DNA of 64,000 bases from Nitrospirales bacterium (GTDB lineage: Bacteria; Nitrospirota; Nitrospiria; Nitrospirales; UBA8639), in NCBI GenBank assembly GCA_965223295.1, contig CBDCWC010000003.1:192001-256000 (forward strand), in the 5' to 3' direction. The notes beneath the pieces are model-generated. The model was not told the DNA's origin and did not search any database. It saw only the letters and a list, made by a program, of their open reading frames with translations. Shown here piece by piece: positions 28,611-39,054 of the stretch. Positions within the stretch are counted from its first letter, which is position 1. Every line of letters begins with the position of its first letter. The position numbers and the translations under genes were made by a program.

Positions 28611-29663
28611 GTGTATTTCATGCCTTTGTTGGCAAAGGCCTTTTCTGCATTAACAGTAGCATTCGATATTCAATCCTGGCATATTTTTTTCATGAAATCT
28701 TCTCGGACCCGAACTTGGGCCATCAAAATCCTTAGCGTTCTTCTTCCTCTCCTTCTTGTGCTCACGTTTCTAGAAATTCTGGTTCGCTTTATTCCTCCAG
28801 ACCTCATGGTTCTTCGAAAACTCGTGACGGTAGTCCCCGATACCAGGCCCTATGTCCTAAGATCCAATATGAATATCCTGTTTTCTGGAATGTTCACTCG
28901 CATTTCTCCACCCGTCGAATGGCGAACCAATGCTCAAGGCCTTCGAGAAGACCAAGAGATCTCTCCACACTCAACTCGCTTTCGAATCGCTACCTATGGA
29001 GACAGCGAAGCCTTTGGGTGGTCTGTCAAATCGGAGGATACTTTTCAGAAACAAATGGAAGCTATTGATCCGAGAGTCGAAGTAATCAATTTTGGTGTGC
29101 CAGGATACAATGCCACGAACATCGCCGATCATATGGCAAAGACAGTTTCTCTCTATCATCCTGATCTCATTATTTACTTAGTGCATAAGAATGACTTGGA
29201 TGATTCCATAACAATTAGCCAGATGTTTGGATATTCTCATCTCCTGCTCAAGCTGCGTCTTGCGTATCAACAATGGGTTCTGAAACCGGAACAAAAAAGA
29301 AGGCGCGCATCTCCTGAACGACAAGCATTCTTTGCTCATGAAGTGGAGCGAATGATTGACATCAGCCAGCAAGACCGCATCCCTTTCATGTTAGCTTTTC
29401 TTCACACTCAAAATGAGAATGCATTACAAAAATTTGGCAACGACCAACTATTTAACGATCGAAACAGGTCATCGGAGAGTTCCAGGCCTTTTCCGCCGCC
29501 TCAACTGATTAGGCTCAAACCACTGCTTAAATCACTCCCCAAACTCGACCATCACCTCTCTCCAGAGGCTTTCCGTCAAATAGCGCAACGCCTCTGCCAG
29601 GTTCTTTCCTCGTCAGGAGAAAACCAATGTGTGCCACCCCAATGGTCTCCATCGCCTCCATAA
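28611..29663 (+). CDS. Membrane-anchored SGNH/GDSL hydrolase
   Basis: YGDSEAFG, INFGVPGYN, KND, DHHLS blocks; N-terminal TM; start may be 28692. Confidence 0.85.
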   Translation: MYFMPLLAKAFSALTVAFDIQSWHIFFMKSSRTRTWAIKILSVLLPLLLVLTFLEILVRFIPPDLMVLRKLVTVVPDTRPYVLRSNMNILFSGMFTRISPPVEWRTNAQGLREDQEISPHSTRFRIATYGDSEAFGWSVKSEDTFQKQMEAIDPRVEVINFGVPGYNATNIADHMAKTVSLYHPDLIIYLVHKNDLDDSITISQMFGYSHLLLKLRLAYQQWVLKPEQKRRRASPERQAFFAHEVERMIDISQQDRIPFMLAFLHTQNENALQKFGNDQLFNDRNRSSESSRPFPPPQLIRLKPLLKSLPKLDHHLSPEAFRQIAQRLCQVLSSSGENQCVPPQWSPSPP

Positions 29664-29679
29664 GGTTATGTATAACTAA

Positions 29680-29857
29680 GGTTTTTTGAAAAAAGCCGCC
29701 AGCGACGTTGTCGCTATTTTTCCGTGCTCACATACTGCCAGTATGCTCCGCGCGCAAAAAGAGCTGCGGCCTTGCTGAACAGTTGAACAAACCCGAGGCC
29801 CCTGTGACCCCTCAGACACGAAATGTGGCCGAGGATATCATCATTATTCGACAGTCC
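29680..29857 (+). repeat. MITE/REP-like element copy
   Basis: TTGAAAAAAGCCGCCAGCG...CCGCGCGCAAAAAGAGCTGCGGCCTTGCTG...ATTATTCGACA. Confidence 0.82.
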
Positions 29858-29892
29858 AAACTAAGACAAGGGGGCAATTTGAGTGACGCAGT

Positions 29893-32800
29893 TTAGGCCA
29901 AACTTAGAAGGTGGGGACCTTCTAAAACCTGCCTACCGTCAAGAAACAGAATGGGCTGAGACGTATGGGAGGCAATACGTTCTCCTGGAAGGAGAATCCC
30001 CACAAGATTCAGAGGGTCGGCAGGAGAAAGCCGTAGATCTTGCACTCCGGCTTGAGCATCTCGGCGGACAGCTCGTAACGCTTCAACCGCTTCAGGAAGC
30101 GCAAATTGCTCTCCGGTAAACCCTTCGACGAAACGCCCGCCGCGCATTTCTCCGCGCCATTCCATTTTCCGGTACTGGATAAGCAATTCCCGCCATGTCA
30201 CAGGCAAAGATTCCCGTTTCAGCATGTCGCGAAACACCACTCCATAACGATGAGCCAATTGTTTTGCCCACAACTCATGAGGATGGCCTGACAATGTCGA
30301 GCCTTCTTCAGGCTCCTCGACGGACTCTTCAAGTAGTGCCCAACGTCCGACGCTATGCCGGGCGCGGCGGGCTCGATCTTTTCCGGCCGCTCGTCGTCGT
30401 CGAGGATCTAACAACGCGCGCAAGGGATCAAACCCATCTGCCGTAACCAACCCTGCCGCGACCAGTTCCCACAACGCCTGTTCCACTTCAGCAGCAACAT
30501 GCCCAGTTCGATTCATGAGATCGGCAAAAAAACAAGCCCCTCGGTTCTCAAAACACTCATACAACGCGAGCGCGACACCACTCAACCGCAACCGAACGTC
30601 AAACGGCCCAGAGGCTTCTCCAGGGCGAACGATCTTGAGCATCCATGCAAGGTCGTCTCGACGAATAAAGCTGATAGGAGCCATACTGTTGGGGGTAATG
30701 CGCCGAAATGATTCACCTTCTGCAACTGGCCGAAGATGCGGTTTCAGCTCTGGCGGTCTCAATCGACCCCATGCCACTTCCCCCCGCAAACAGAGATTAT
30801 CCAGCCATTCAGGTTTATAATGAGCCACGCGAGATTTCAATAGAGATGATTCCCAGGCAGAAGCTGAAACTTCATACCCGGCTAACTGGCTCAGCACTTC
30901 ACGCAGTCCGGCTTTGCCATGCAATTGCGACCCCGTCGCACAATGCTGCCACCGGAACAAAAACCGCATAAAATCTGAAGCCGTCACTGGTTCAATTTCT
31001 CGACGTAACGCGGTGACTGTTCTCCGATGAATGCGAGCGAGAAGACTGCGATCACACCATTCATCGTCTAGGCTCACTAATGCATTCCCCTTCGCTCCAC
31101 CCTCTCCCTCAAGGTGGAAAGGGCTTGAAAGAGAACCGAGCTCATTATCCGAGGACTCACCCTGGCCTTGTCTTCTCTTCAAGGCCAAGCCCTTAAAGGA
31201 AGAGGGATTTTTATTTAGAACGGATCGGAAGTGGCCGCGCAATACTTGGCCTTGGGCTTCTAATTGGAGCAATGCCTGAGAAACCTGAGAAGTTGCCATG
31301 CCTAAGCGATTGGCTAACTGCTTGGCCGTAACCGGGCCTATATATGGCATCCATCCTTGGACCACATACTGAGCAGCTATTTCAGGGGTTGGTATTTCTT
31401 CATCATTCAGTGCAGAGGGCTCACTCGTTCCAGCCAGAACTTCCACTTTCGCAAATAATGATTGGACACGAGTCAGATGATCCCTTGTGGTCCATCCATC
31501 AACAGAGTTTGTATTCGATGTTTCATCAGATTGGACGCGAAGCACAAGGACACGGCCTTTCGCCACAAGAACTTCCAATTCCTCCCGCCAGGCTTCTCCC
31601 TCTTTGGCAGGCACCCATCCCATCACCTGCAACACATCAAAGAGCTCATCGGCATCACGCACCGTCGGCCAGACTTCCTCACACACAGCCTCAATGGCAG
31701 CAATGTCTAATGTTCCAATTTTTCCATCAAACGTGGAAGGTAAGGTACGCCTGAGATTGACAGCCCGAGCCCGGCGTTCCTCCAGCGGCGCATCATCTAA
31801 AAACGCATAGGGGTTCGCATTCAAAATTTCATGGGCAAAGGGTGACGGCACCGGCGACTCAACCGTTCGCACCTCTATGGTTTGAGAGGCAACATGTTTC
31901 AACACATGCCGAAGGCCATCGATGTCCATGGCTTCAGACAAACAATCCTGAATGGTTTCCTGCACGAGTGGATGGTTCGGCACAGGAATATCGCCCACAT
32001 GGTTGTCACCACAGGCAGCGGCCATTGGAAACGCCGCCGCGAGTAAATCCTCCGCACGCATACGTTGAAGATGAACGGGAACCCGTTTGCCATTTTGAAA
32101 CCGCAGCATTGCCAGAGATCGGCTGACATTCCAACGCCATCGTGTGAGAAACAACGGCGTGGCTAATGTGGCTTGAATCAAAACCTCCCGCACGGTTTTG
32201 GGCTGAAGGAACTGAAAAATCGTGTCCAGAGGAAAACTATGTTGTTCGCCAAGCGATAACACGACCCCATCATCCGTCGCGGCGGCTTGCAGTTCAAAAT
32301 CAAAATTCAGACAAAACCGTTTACGCAACGCCAACCCCCATGCGCGATTGAGCCTCCCGCCATACGGCGCATGCAGCACTAGCTGCATCCCTCCTGCTTC
32401 GTCAAAAAAACGTTCGGCAATAATACAATCTTGTGTGGGCACGCTCCCTAAAATCTGCACACCACCGGCCACATAGGCCAACAATTGATCGGCTCCTGCT
32501 GCATCAACGCCACATTCCTTGAGTAACTGTTGTCGGGCTGCAGCATCTCCTGTTGTCGCTCCAGACTTGATCATCTGATGAATGGTATTCCGTAAAGACC
32601 CAACAGCCTGCGAAAGCTCTCGTGATCGCGATGGCGCTTCGCCGCGCCAAAAAGGAATATTAGGTGGTTGTCCGTGGGCATCTTTGACTCGAACCTTTCC
32701 AGTTTCAATCCCTTTGATACGCCACGATGTGGTACCAAGCAACATGATATCACCCACTAAACTCTCAATGGCAAAATCTTCGTCGACCGTGCCTACGACC

Positions 32801-34362
32801 GTCCCATCGGGTTCGGCGACCACCGAATAGGTAGCGGTGTCAGGGATGGCGCCTCCTGAAGTTAAGGCCGCTAACCGCCCACCCCGTCGAGGCCTCACAC
32901 GGCCTTCCCGCCGGTCATAACTCACAAAGGCATATAACTGGCGGCGGCCAGGCACAAAACCATCAGCAATGAGTTGGATCAATGATTCAAAGGCTTCCCA
33001 GGAAAGATCTCGATAGGGATAAGCCGACCGGCATAAATTGTACAACGCTTGGACATCCCATTCCTGCGCAGCCACTTCTGCAATAATATGCTGAATCAAA
33101 ATATCTATCGGAGCGGTCGGGATTTGAATCGTTTCTAATTGCCCCTGGCGAATTGCTCGAACCACCGCCGCACATTCCATCAACTCATCACGGGTGGTAC
33201 AAAACAAACGTCCCTTGGGAACAGCGCCGACCCTGTGACCTGCCCGCCCCACACGCTGCAGACACGTCGCAATGGCGCGTGGCGATCCAATTTGGCACAC
33301 CACATCAATGAACCCAATATCAATTCCCAGCTCTAATGAAGCCGTGGCTACCATGGTTCGAATTTGCCCAGTCTTGAGTCGCTCTTCCGCAGAAAGCCGC
33401 AGTTTTTTAGACAAACTCCCATGATGCGATGCCACCTGATCTTCACCTAATCGCTCACTCAAATGATGGGCAATGCGTTCGGCCAGACGGCGCGTATTCA
33501 CAAACACCAACGTCGAACGATGCTGCTCCGCTATAGCTGCAAGACGGTCATAGACCTCCGACCAAATCGCATTCGTGGCAATGGCCCCTAATTCATCATT
33601 AGGCACTTCAACTTGCAAATCCAACTTCCGACGATGTCCCACATCAACGATGTGACAGTCCGTCGATGCAAACAGCGACGCTTGCTGGTCCTTTTTTCGA
33701 TGTGTCGATTCACCAACCAAAAACTTCGCAACCTGCTCCAATGGCTTTTGGGTGGCAGATAGTCCAATACGGACTAACCGTTTTTTGGTTAAGGCATCCA
33801 ATCGCTCCAAGGACAGTGCTAAATGAGCGCCCCGCTTGTTCGGCGCCAGCGCATGAATCTCATCAACGATCACCGTATGCACACCTGTCAACAATTCACG
33901 GCTTCGTTTGGCCGTCACCATGAGGAACAAGGTTTCTGGAGTTGTAACTAAAATATGTGGAGGATGTTTGAGTAGGCGTTGCCGTTGCGCAGACGGCGTA
34001 TCCCCTGTCCGGACCTCTACCCGGATATTGGGACTCAGCAAACCAGCAGACAGCGCCCGTTGACTAATCTCGTCGAGCGGCTGTTGCAGATTTTTGTGAA
34101 TATCATGACTGAGTGCACGAAGGGGAGAGGCATACACAACTTGAATGCCATCAACCAATTCACCCTGAATCGCCTGATGTAACAGATGATCAATACATGT
34201 CAAAAATGCCGAGAGGGTTTTTCCAGAACCGGTAGGGGCCGAAATCAGGGCATGTCTCCCCGATTGAATCGCTGGCCAACTGGCTTGCTGCACATCCGTC
34301 GGTTCCCCCAAAGTCGAGGAGAACCATTCTTGAATCACTGGATGGAAAGATTGCAGGGGCAT
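29893..34362 (-). CDS. lhr: Lhr-family ATP-dependent DEAD/DEAH-box helicase
   Basis: APTGSGKT, TTPET, DEIH, GLSAT, SLELGID, QRVGRAGH; long Lhr C-terminal region. Confidence 0.92.
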   Translation of the reverse strand: MPLQSFHPVIQEWFSSTLGEPTDVQQASWPAIQSGRHALISAPTGSGKTLSAFLTCIDHLLHQAIQGELVDGIQVVYASPLRALSHDIHKNLQQPLDEISQRALSAGLLSPNIRVEVRTGDTPSAQRQRLLKHPPHILVTTPETLFLMVTAKRSRELLTGVHTVIVDEIHALAPNKRGAHLALSLERLDALTKKRLVRIGLSATQKPLEQVAKFLVGESTHRKKDQQASLFASTDCHIVDVGHRRKLDLQVEVPNDELGAIATNAIWSEVYDRLAAIAEQHRSTLVFVNTRRLAERIAHHLSERLGEDQVASHHGSLSKKLRLSAEERLKTGQIRTMVATASLELGIDIGFIDVVCQIGSPRAIATCLQRVGRAGHRVGAVPKGRLFCTTRDELMECAAVVRAIRQGQLETIQIPTAPIDILIQHIIAEVAAQEWDVQALYNLCRSAYPYRDLSWEAFESLIQLIADGFVPGRRQLYAFVSYDRREGRVRPRRGGRLAALTSGGAIPDTATYSVVAEPDGTVVGTVDEDFAIESLVGDIMLLGTTSWRIKGIETGKVRVKDAHGQPPNIPFWRGEAPSRSRELSQAVGSLRNTIHQMIKSGATTGDAAARQQLLKECGVDAAGADQLLAYVAGGVQILGSVPTQDCIIAERFFDEAGGMQLVLHAPYGGRLNRAWGLALRKRFCLNFDFELQAAATDDGVVLSLGEQHSFPLDTIFQFLQPKTVREVLIQATLATPLFLTRWRWNVSRSLAMLRFQNGKRVPVHLQRMRAEDLLAAAFPMAAACGDNHVGDIPVPNHPLVQETIQDCLSEAMDIDGLRHVLKHVASQTIEVRTVESPVPSPFAHEILNANPYAFLDDAPLEERRARAVNLRRTLPSTFDGKIGTLDIAAIEAVCEEVWPTVRDADELFDVLQVMGWVPAKEGEAWREELEVLVAKGRVLVLRVQSDETSNTNSVDGWTTRDHLTRVQSLFAKVEVLAGTSEPSALNDEEIPTPEIAAQYVVQGWMPYIGPVTAKQLANRLGMATSQVSQALLQLEAQGQVLRGHFRSVLNKNPSSFKGLALKRRQGQGESSDNELGSLSSPFHLEGEGGAKGNALVSLDDEWCDRSLLARIHRRTVTALRREIEPVTASDFMRFLFRWQHCATGSQLHGKAGLREVLSQLAGYEVSASAWESSLLKSRVAHYKPEWLDNLCLRGEVAWGRLRPPELKPHLRPVAEGESFRRITPNSMAPISFIRRDDLAWMLKIVRPGEASGPFDVRLRLSGVALALYECFENRGACFFADLMNRTGHVAAEVEQALWELVAAGLVTADGFDPLRALLDPRRRRAAGKDRARRARHSVGRWALLEESVEEPEEGSTLSGHPHELWAKQLAHRYGVVFRDMLKRESLPVTWRELLIQYRKMEWRGEMRGGRFVEGFTGEQFALPEAVEALRAVRRDAQAGVQDLRLSPADPLNLVGILLPGERIASHTSQPILFLDGRQVLEGPHLLSLA
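31087..31206. repeat. Two degenerate REP-like palindromes inserted in-frame in lhr
   Basis: CCCCTTCGCTCCACCCTCTCCCTCAAGGTGGAAAGGG and CTCACCCTGGCC...AAAGGAAGAGGG; same family as the repeats at 26733-26885 and 34629. Confidence 0.55.
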
Positions 34363-34387
34363 AGGTCAATGCCTCATCTCTTAGAAA

Positions 34388-34576
34388 GGGTCTGTTGAAA
34401 AAAGCCGCCAGCGGCGTTCTCACTCTTTTTCCGTGCTCACGTAGTGCCAGTACGCTCCGCGCGCAAAAAGAGCTGCGGCCTTGCTGGTCGGACTTTTTTG
34501 AACCGACCCGAGGCTGTTGATCGCCAAGGGCTTACTGTCGAAATATGGCCTTTAATATCTTCATTATTCAACACTC
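34388..34576 (+). repeat. MITE/REP-like element copy
   Basis: GGGTCTGTTGAAAAAAGCCGCCAGCGGCGTTCTC...GGACTTTTTTGAAC...ATTATTCAACACTC. Confidence 0.88.
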
Positions 34577-34628
34577 GCAGAGAAGGGATCTAGAGATTGT
34601 AACAAGTATCTGACCGAAATCCATCATT

Positions 34629-34666
34629 ACCCCCTCCTTTGTAAGGAGGGGACTAAGGGGAGGTAG
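34629..34666. repeat. REP-like palindrome
   Basis: CCCCTCCTTTGTAAGGAGGGGACTAAGGGGAGGT. Confidence 0.55.
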
Positions 34667-34700
34667 AATCTCAGGCTAGACGGAAAAATTCATATGTACC

Positions 34701-35606
34701 TCACCGATACACAGATAAATACACCTCGTCAGATTGTTTCTTGATCCACGGAAATCGGAATAACGTCCTGGTCTGGCTGGAATATTGCCCAATATTGACC
34801 TGCTGCCATATCCCTCGTTTGAAATCAGCTCTCCCGGTTCCCTCGCTCAAGAATCCAGCATATCGGACATCGGTAAAAAAACTCACTCCCCAACTATTGG
34901 TCCAGGAAGGTTGACATTTCTTTACATAGTCGTCCACCTGAAAAAGAAGTGCGTGAATTTTTGCAAGATCAACCATGACCGATTCTGACGTTAGGAGAAA
35001 CAACACGGAATGCCCATCAGGTATTTTGATAAGGCCGATGGTCTTTTCTAACTTCTTACAGACAGCCGCATCAATAGAATACGTATCTGGTTTACCCTCA
35101 TCACCTTTGGGAATAGCTAGAGTTTTCGGAGACTTCTTGTGACAGACAAATTTTAAATCAGCTGGTGGACAGTCCCAACGCAATTGCACACCAAATTGCT
35201 CAATGTCATCGAGCAATGACGGCAGCCGAGGATTTAAGATCATCGTATCTTGAATCGATTCACCAGGAACCAGTTTAATCACTTGTGAGCCAAGCTTCCA
35301 ATCTTGAACAGGTTGTTTAACCTTACTCCCTTCCTCATCCATACGAACTACCGAGAACCATTTTGAATCATTCGGAGGATTCCAAGGCAAATCCCGAATA
35401 TTCACCGTCGTCACCTCGTCGCTGATATTCGTTACATGCACATGTAGCGCATACACCTGCACTTGAGGTTTTTTTAAAAACACCTCCATTGCCAACGGCA
35501 AACGTGGCTCTTCTTCATTATCAATAGCAAAGCTGCTTGTTGGATCAAGGCTCGCAAGCAATGCCCAGACACAACAGACGAATCGAAAACCCGCAACTGG
35601 CTTCAT
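34701..35606 (-). CDS. Hypothetical secreted protein
   Basis: Signal peptide ending SFA; paired cysteines; no recognised family. Confidence 0.7.
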   Translation of the reverse strand: MKPVAGFRFVCCVWALLASLDPTSSFAIDNEEEPRLPLAMEVFLKKPQVQVYALHVHVTNISDEVTTVNIRDLPWNPPNDSKWFSVVRMDEEGSKVKQPVQDWKLGSQVIKLVPGESIQDTMILNPRLPSLLDDIEQFGVQLRWDCPPADLKFVCHKKSPKTLAIPKGDEGKPDTYSIDAAVCKKLEKTIGLIKIPDGHSVLFLLTSESVMVDLAKIHALLFQVDDYVKKCQPSWTNSWGVSFFTDVRYAGFLSEGTGRADFKRGIWQQVNIGQYSSQTRTLFRFPWIKKQSDEVYLSVYR

Positions 35607-35989
35607 GGAATCAACCAACAAAATAGAGCGGCTAGATCGTTCTTCTCGGTTTTCTCGTTCATCATGGAAAAGAGTAGGAACATAAGCCTAATGTAAGGAA
35701 ATGGTCAAATCCTCATAGGTTTATCAAAGAAGTTAAGGATCTCAATATCTTATGACCTCACTCCTTCGGCAACACCCTAAGTCCATCTCTTACAGCCATT
35801 TTAATAGAGCATATTGAATAGGCTTCATTCCGGTTTTAAACGTATCTTTTTAGATACAAATTTTATCCAAAGAGATACATTTTTCAGAATAAATAATTCA
35901 CTCTGCTAAGCAACGTTATTATGCTGTACACAACATTCTTATAAAAGAAATTAGCGGTCAAGAATCTGTGACCGTAACAAAAAGGCACA

Positions 35990-36005
35990 TGGTATAGCTC
36001 TTGCT
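35990..36005 (+). promoter_or_regulatory. Sigma54 -24/-12 promoter candidate
   Basis: TGGTATA-GCTC-TTGCT (GG-N10-GC) in the AT-rich intergenic region before the tyrosinase locus. Confidence 0.6.
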
Positions 36006-36357
36006 TCAATTTTAATCATTCTAGACTCAAGTACACTCATTAACCATTCAAGAAACTTCCGAGATAACAGAGCAGTCTGGAGCCATTCCTTCCTAAGACA
36101 ACAGCCGTGTATTTTTCATTCTAGAGGAAATATTTTAATATCCCAATTCATTAACAAAAACACCCTGAACCTTGTCGGAGTTTTTATTGATCACGTTCTT
36201 TCTCAATTGAATAAAATAGAGAAATGGCGTACCGTGAGCACAGCAAAGTACTTTCATGATTAACATGACAGCTTCGAGAAGTATGCGAAAAGTAAGCTAG
36301 GCCAGCAATACCCGTACACCATTATTCGAATATAAGACGCGACAAAGGAGAGCTTCC

Positions 36358-36834
36358 ATGAAAGTATGCGGTTTCATTCTTATATGTCTTGTCATTCTTG
36401 TAGGCACAGACCTACCTGCTATGTCGTCAAAACCCTCCAGTCTTGCAAATATGACCTGCCATATCTCTACCCCAGATACGAAGGGCTGCACTGGAATCCC
36501 AACACTTCGCTCTGGGACATTGCATATTCAAGAGGATAATGCATTTGAACTCACGGCCCATTACGACGGATGTTTTTTTATGGAAGATGTAAGAAAAACT
36601 GGGAAATTTCAAGTCTCCCATTTCAACAACACAATGAGCCTTGAACTCTTGACCACTCAAACCAAAGGCGTAAAAGACACAACGAGCGATTTCCCAAGAA
36701 CGCTGGGGTTTGCCAATTTGAACAACGACAAGCTGGATGGGTATTTCGTCGACATCTCTGCAGTGATCCGAGGGCGCGGGCGCGAAACCAAAGACGTCAT
36801 TACTTCAACATTACAATGCAAGGCGTATGAATAA
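36358..36834 (+). CDS. Hypothetical secreted protein, beta-rich with four mature Cys
   Basis: Signal peptide; AAGGAGA RBS. Confidence 0.7.
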   Translation: MKVCGFILICLVILVGTDLPAMSSKPSSLANMTCHISTPDTKGCTGIPTLRSGTLHIQEDNAFELTAHYDGCFFMEDVRKTGKFQVSHFNNTMSLELLTTQTKGVKDTTSDFPRTLGFANLNNDKLDGYFVDISAVIRGRGRETKDVITSTLQCKAYE

Positions 36835-36911
36835 GTAAACGATCTCAATGCAAATATTTTTCAAAACTACAGTCTTTCTCTTTACCCTCATTTCACAAAA
36901 GGAGTTCCATC

Positions 36912-37127
36912 ATGGCAAATCATAAGGAAACACTTGAAGGTTGCGTGATTGAGATTACAAACGAAAAGACGTTGACCATCAACGGAAAGGAAATCGATTA
37001 CGAACAAGATGTCACCCAAAATAAATGGTCAACAAAGTACTTACCTTATACGAAATTTAATTCATTACTGGAAATGGCCAGAGCAATTGTGAAAGACACG
37101 GTTGAATTTTCTACCGCACATCAATAG
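36912..37127 (+). CDS. Tyrosinase caddie/co-factor (MelC1-like) core without signal peptide
   Basis: LTINGKEI...WSTKYLPYTKFNSLLEMARAIV resembles the MelC1/caddie C-terminal fold; directly upstream of the tyrosinase. Confidence 0.65.
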   Translation: MANHKETLEGCVIEITNEKTLTINGKEIDYEQDVTQNKWSTKYLPYTKFNSLLEMARAIVKDTVEFSTAHQ

Positions 37128-37160
37128 TCAACATGAAGAGAAGCATACAAGGAGGTTCTT

Positions 37161-38633
37161 ATGGCTATTCGAAAAGATGCCAACACTCTCACGACTGCTG
37201 AACGAGAAGAATTCGTGGCAGCCGTCAAGGCTGTAAAAGCAGAAGGTCTCTACGACCAGTTTGTGCTTCGTCATGCCAATGCAATCATGAACGCTATTCA
37301 TCGGTCGCCAGCCTTTCTTCCTTGGCACCGCCGTTTTATTTATGATCTTGAGTTAGAACTTCAACGTGTTTCTGGAAATCCGGATCTGGGGATACCCTAT
37401 TGGAACTGGCCATCTGGAGGAGCAAGTGCCTCGATGTGGAATGACGACTTACTTGGTGGAGATGGAGACGCAGGGGGAGTCGTACGGACTGGTCCCTTCC
37501 GAGCGGGCGAATGGACAATAGTAAACTCTAGCGGCGTATCGGCTGGCCCACTGCTTCGCACACTTGGGCAACAGACACCCAATCTGCCTACCCAAGCAGA
37601 AATTAATCAAGTCCTAGCCGTTACTCCTTACGATGTGGCGCCCTGGAATACAAGCAGCAATCCCAGTTTTCGCAATCAACTCGAAGGCTGGATCGGCCCC
37701 AATCTGCATAATCGCGGACATGTCTGGGTTGGTGGGTCAATGCTGCCCATGACCTCGCCGAACGATCCAGTTTTTTACATGAATCACTGTATGGTGGATA
37801 AGGTCTGGCATGATTGGCAAGTGCAGTTCCCTAATCAAGGATACCTTCCCGAAACCGGTGGCCCATTTGGACAAAACTTAAACGATCCAATGGATAGCAC
37901 TCCGTCTGGTCTTATAGGACCACGTCCCATCGATGTCTTAGATAGTGCTGCCCTAGGTATCGAATATGATGACGGTGGAATCAGCATACCGGAACCAACC
38001 CTCATTGTCGTTGGCGACAATCCGACACCTGCAGAGATTGGCGCCCCAGGAGAAACTGATGTTTACCGGTTTGAGGTCACTGAATTCGGCCAGTATACCA
38101 TGTTTACCACCGGACCATCGGATACCTTTATGTCTCTCTTTGGCCCCAACGATCCAACTGCTCAGGTGGCCTCAAATGATGACGGCGGTGAAAATTTCAA
38201 CTCACAAATAAGCCTCAATCTCTCGGCCGGAACGTATTTTTTACACGTCCGCCTCTTTAGTCCGAGCACAACAGGAGACTATATGGTGAGGGTACGTGCC
38301 GACAGCAATATCCCCAATCCTATTCCTGAACTCATTGTGGATGGGGCGAACGTCAATGCAGCCATCTCTGCCGGAAATGAAAGCGATCTCTACCGATTTC
38401 AAATTACCGCGGAGGCTACGTACAGTATTCTGACGAATGGAACAACAGATACCTTTCTCACTCTGCATGGTCCGAACAGTCAGATTCCAGAAATTGCTAG
38501 CAATGACGATGGAGGTGCTTCGTTCAATGCCCATATCCGCCAGCAGTTGGCACCAGGTGAATATTTTGCACGTGTACGACACTTTTCGCCTTTTGGAACT
38601 GGCCCCTATTCCATCCGCGTAACCCGCGATTGA
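37161..38633 (+). CDS. Tyrosinase (type-3 copper) fused to two PPC-like domains
   Basis: CuA His: LRH, IHRSPAFLPWHR; CuB His: NLHNRGHVWVGG, SPNDPVFYMNHC; two D(V/L)YRF...DTF...ASNDDGG..FN..I...L.(A/P)G.YF repeats. Confidence 0.93.
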   Translation: MAIRKDANTLTTAEREEFVAAVKAVKAEGLYDQFVLRHANAIMNAIHRSPAFLPWHRRFIYDLELELQRVSGNPDLGIPYWNWPSGGASASMWNDDLLGGDGDAGGVVRTGPFRAGEWTIVNSSGVSAGPLLRTLGQQTPNLPTQAEINQVLAVTPYDVAPWNTSSNPSFRNQLEGWIGPNLHNRGHVWVGGSMLPMTSPNDPVFYMNHCMVDKVWHDWQVQFPNQGYLPETGGPFGQNLNDPMDSTPSGLIGPRPIDVLDSAALGIEYDDGGISIPEPTLIVVGDNPTPAEIGAPGETDVYRFEVTEFGQYTMFTTGPSDTFMSLFGPNDPTAQVASNDDGGENFNSQISLNLSAGTYFLHVRLFSPSTTGDYMVRVRADSNIPNPIPELIVDGANVNAAISAGNESDLYRFQITAEATYSILTNGTTDTFLTLHGPNSQIPEIASNDDGGASFNAHIRQQLAPGEYFARVRHFSPFGTGPYSIRVTRD

Positions 38634-38639
38634 GGCTAA

Positions 38640-38672
38640 AAACCGGCATGCTGTGTGACAGCATGCCGGTTT
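38640..38672 (+). terminator. Intrinsic terminator after the tyrosinase
   Basis: AAACCGGCATGCTGT-gtg-ACAGCATGCCGGTTT. Confidence 0.75.
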
Positions 38673-38725
38673 CTACTACTTCTCAGGCTCAAAGGGTCAT
38701 AAGCCAGCTATTCAAATCTAGGTAT

Positions 38726-38916
38726 GGGGCTGTTGAAAAAAGCCATCAGCGGCGTTCTCGCCATTTTTCCGTGCTCACGTAGTACCAGTACGCTCCGCGC
38801 GCAAAAATGGCTGCGGCCTTGCTGGATGTACTTTTTTGAACCGCCCCGAAGCTGTTGGTATCCTACGTGATCATAAGCAAATTTGTCTCTCGTGTTTTGT
38901 ATTATTCAACAATCCC
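38726..38916 (+). repeat. MITE/REP-like element copy
   Basis: GGGGCTGTTGAAAAAAGCC...ATTATTCAACAATCCC. Confidence 0.88.
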
Positions 38917-39054
38917 GGTATCATCGATGAAATCACTCTTGCGATCTCTTGGTGGAGTTGAGTGCGCTAGCTCAAGAGTAGTAAGCGCTCCCTAGGCCAT
39001 AGGGCTTTTGGCTTAGAGACCAAACTAGGCCTGATTTGATACCTTGCACTTCGC

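Noticed and set aside
38955-39030. tRNA-like start (GCGCTAGCTCAA...AGCGCTCCC) upstream of ychF
   Set aside because: No T-arm GGTTCGA, acceptor stem or CCA end
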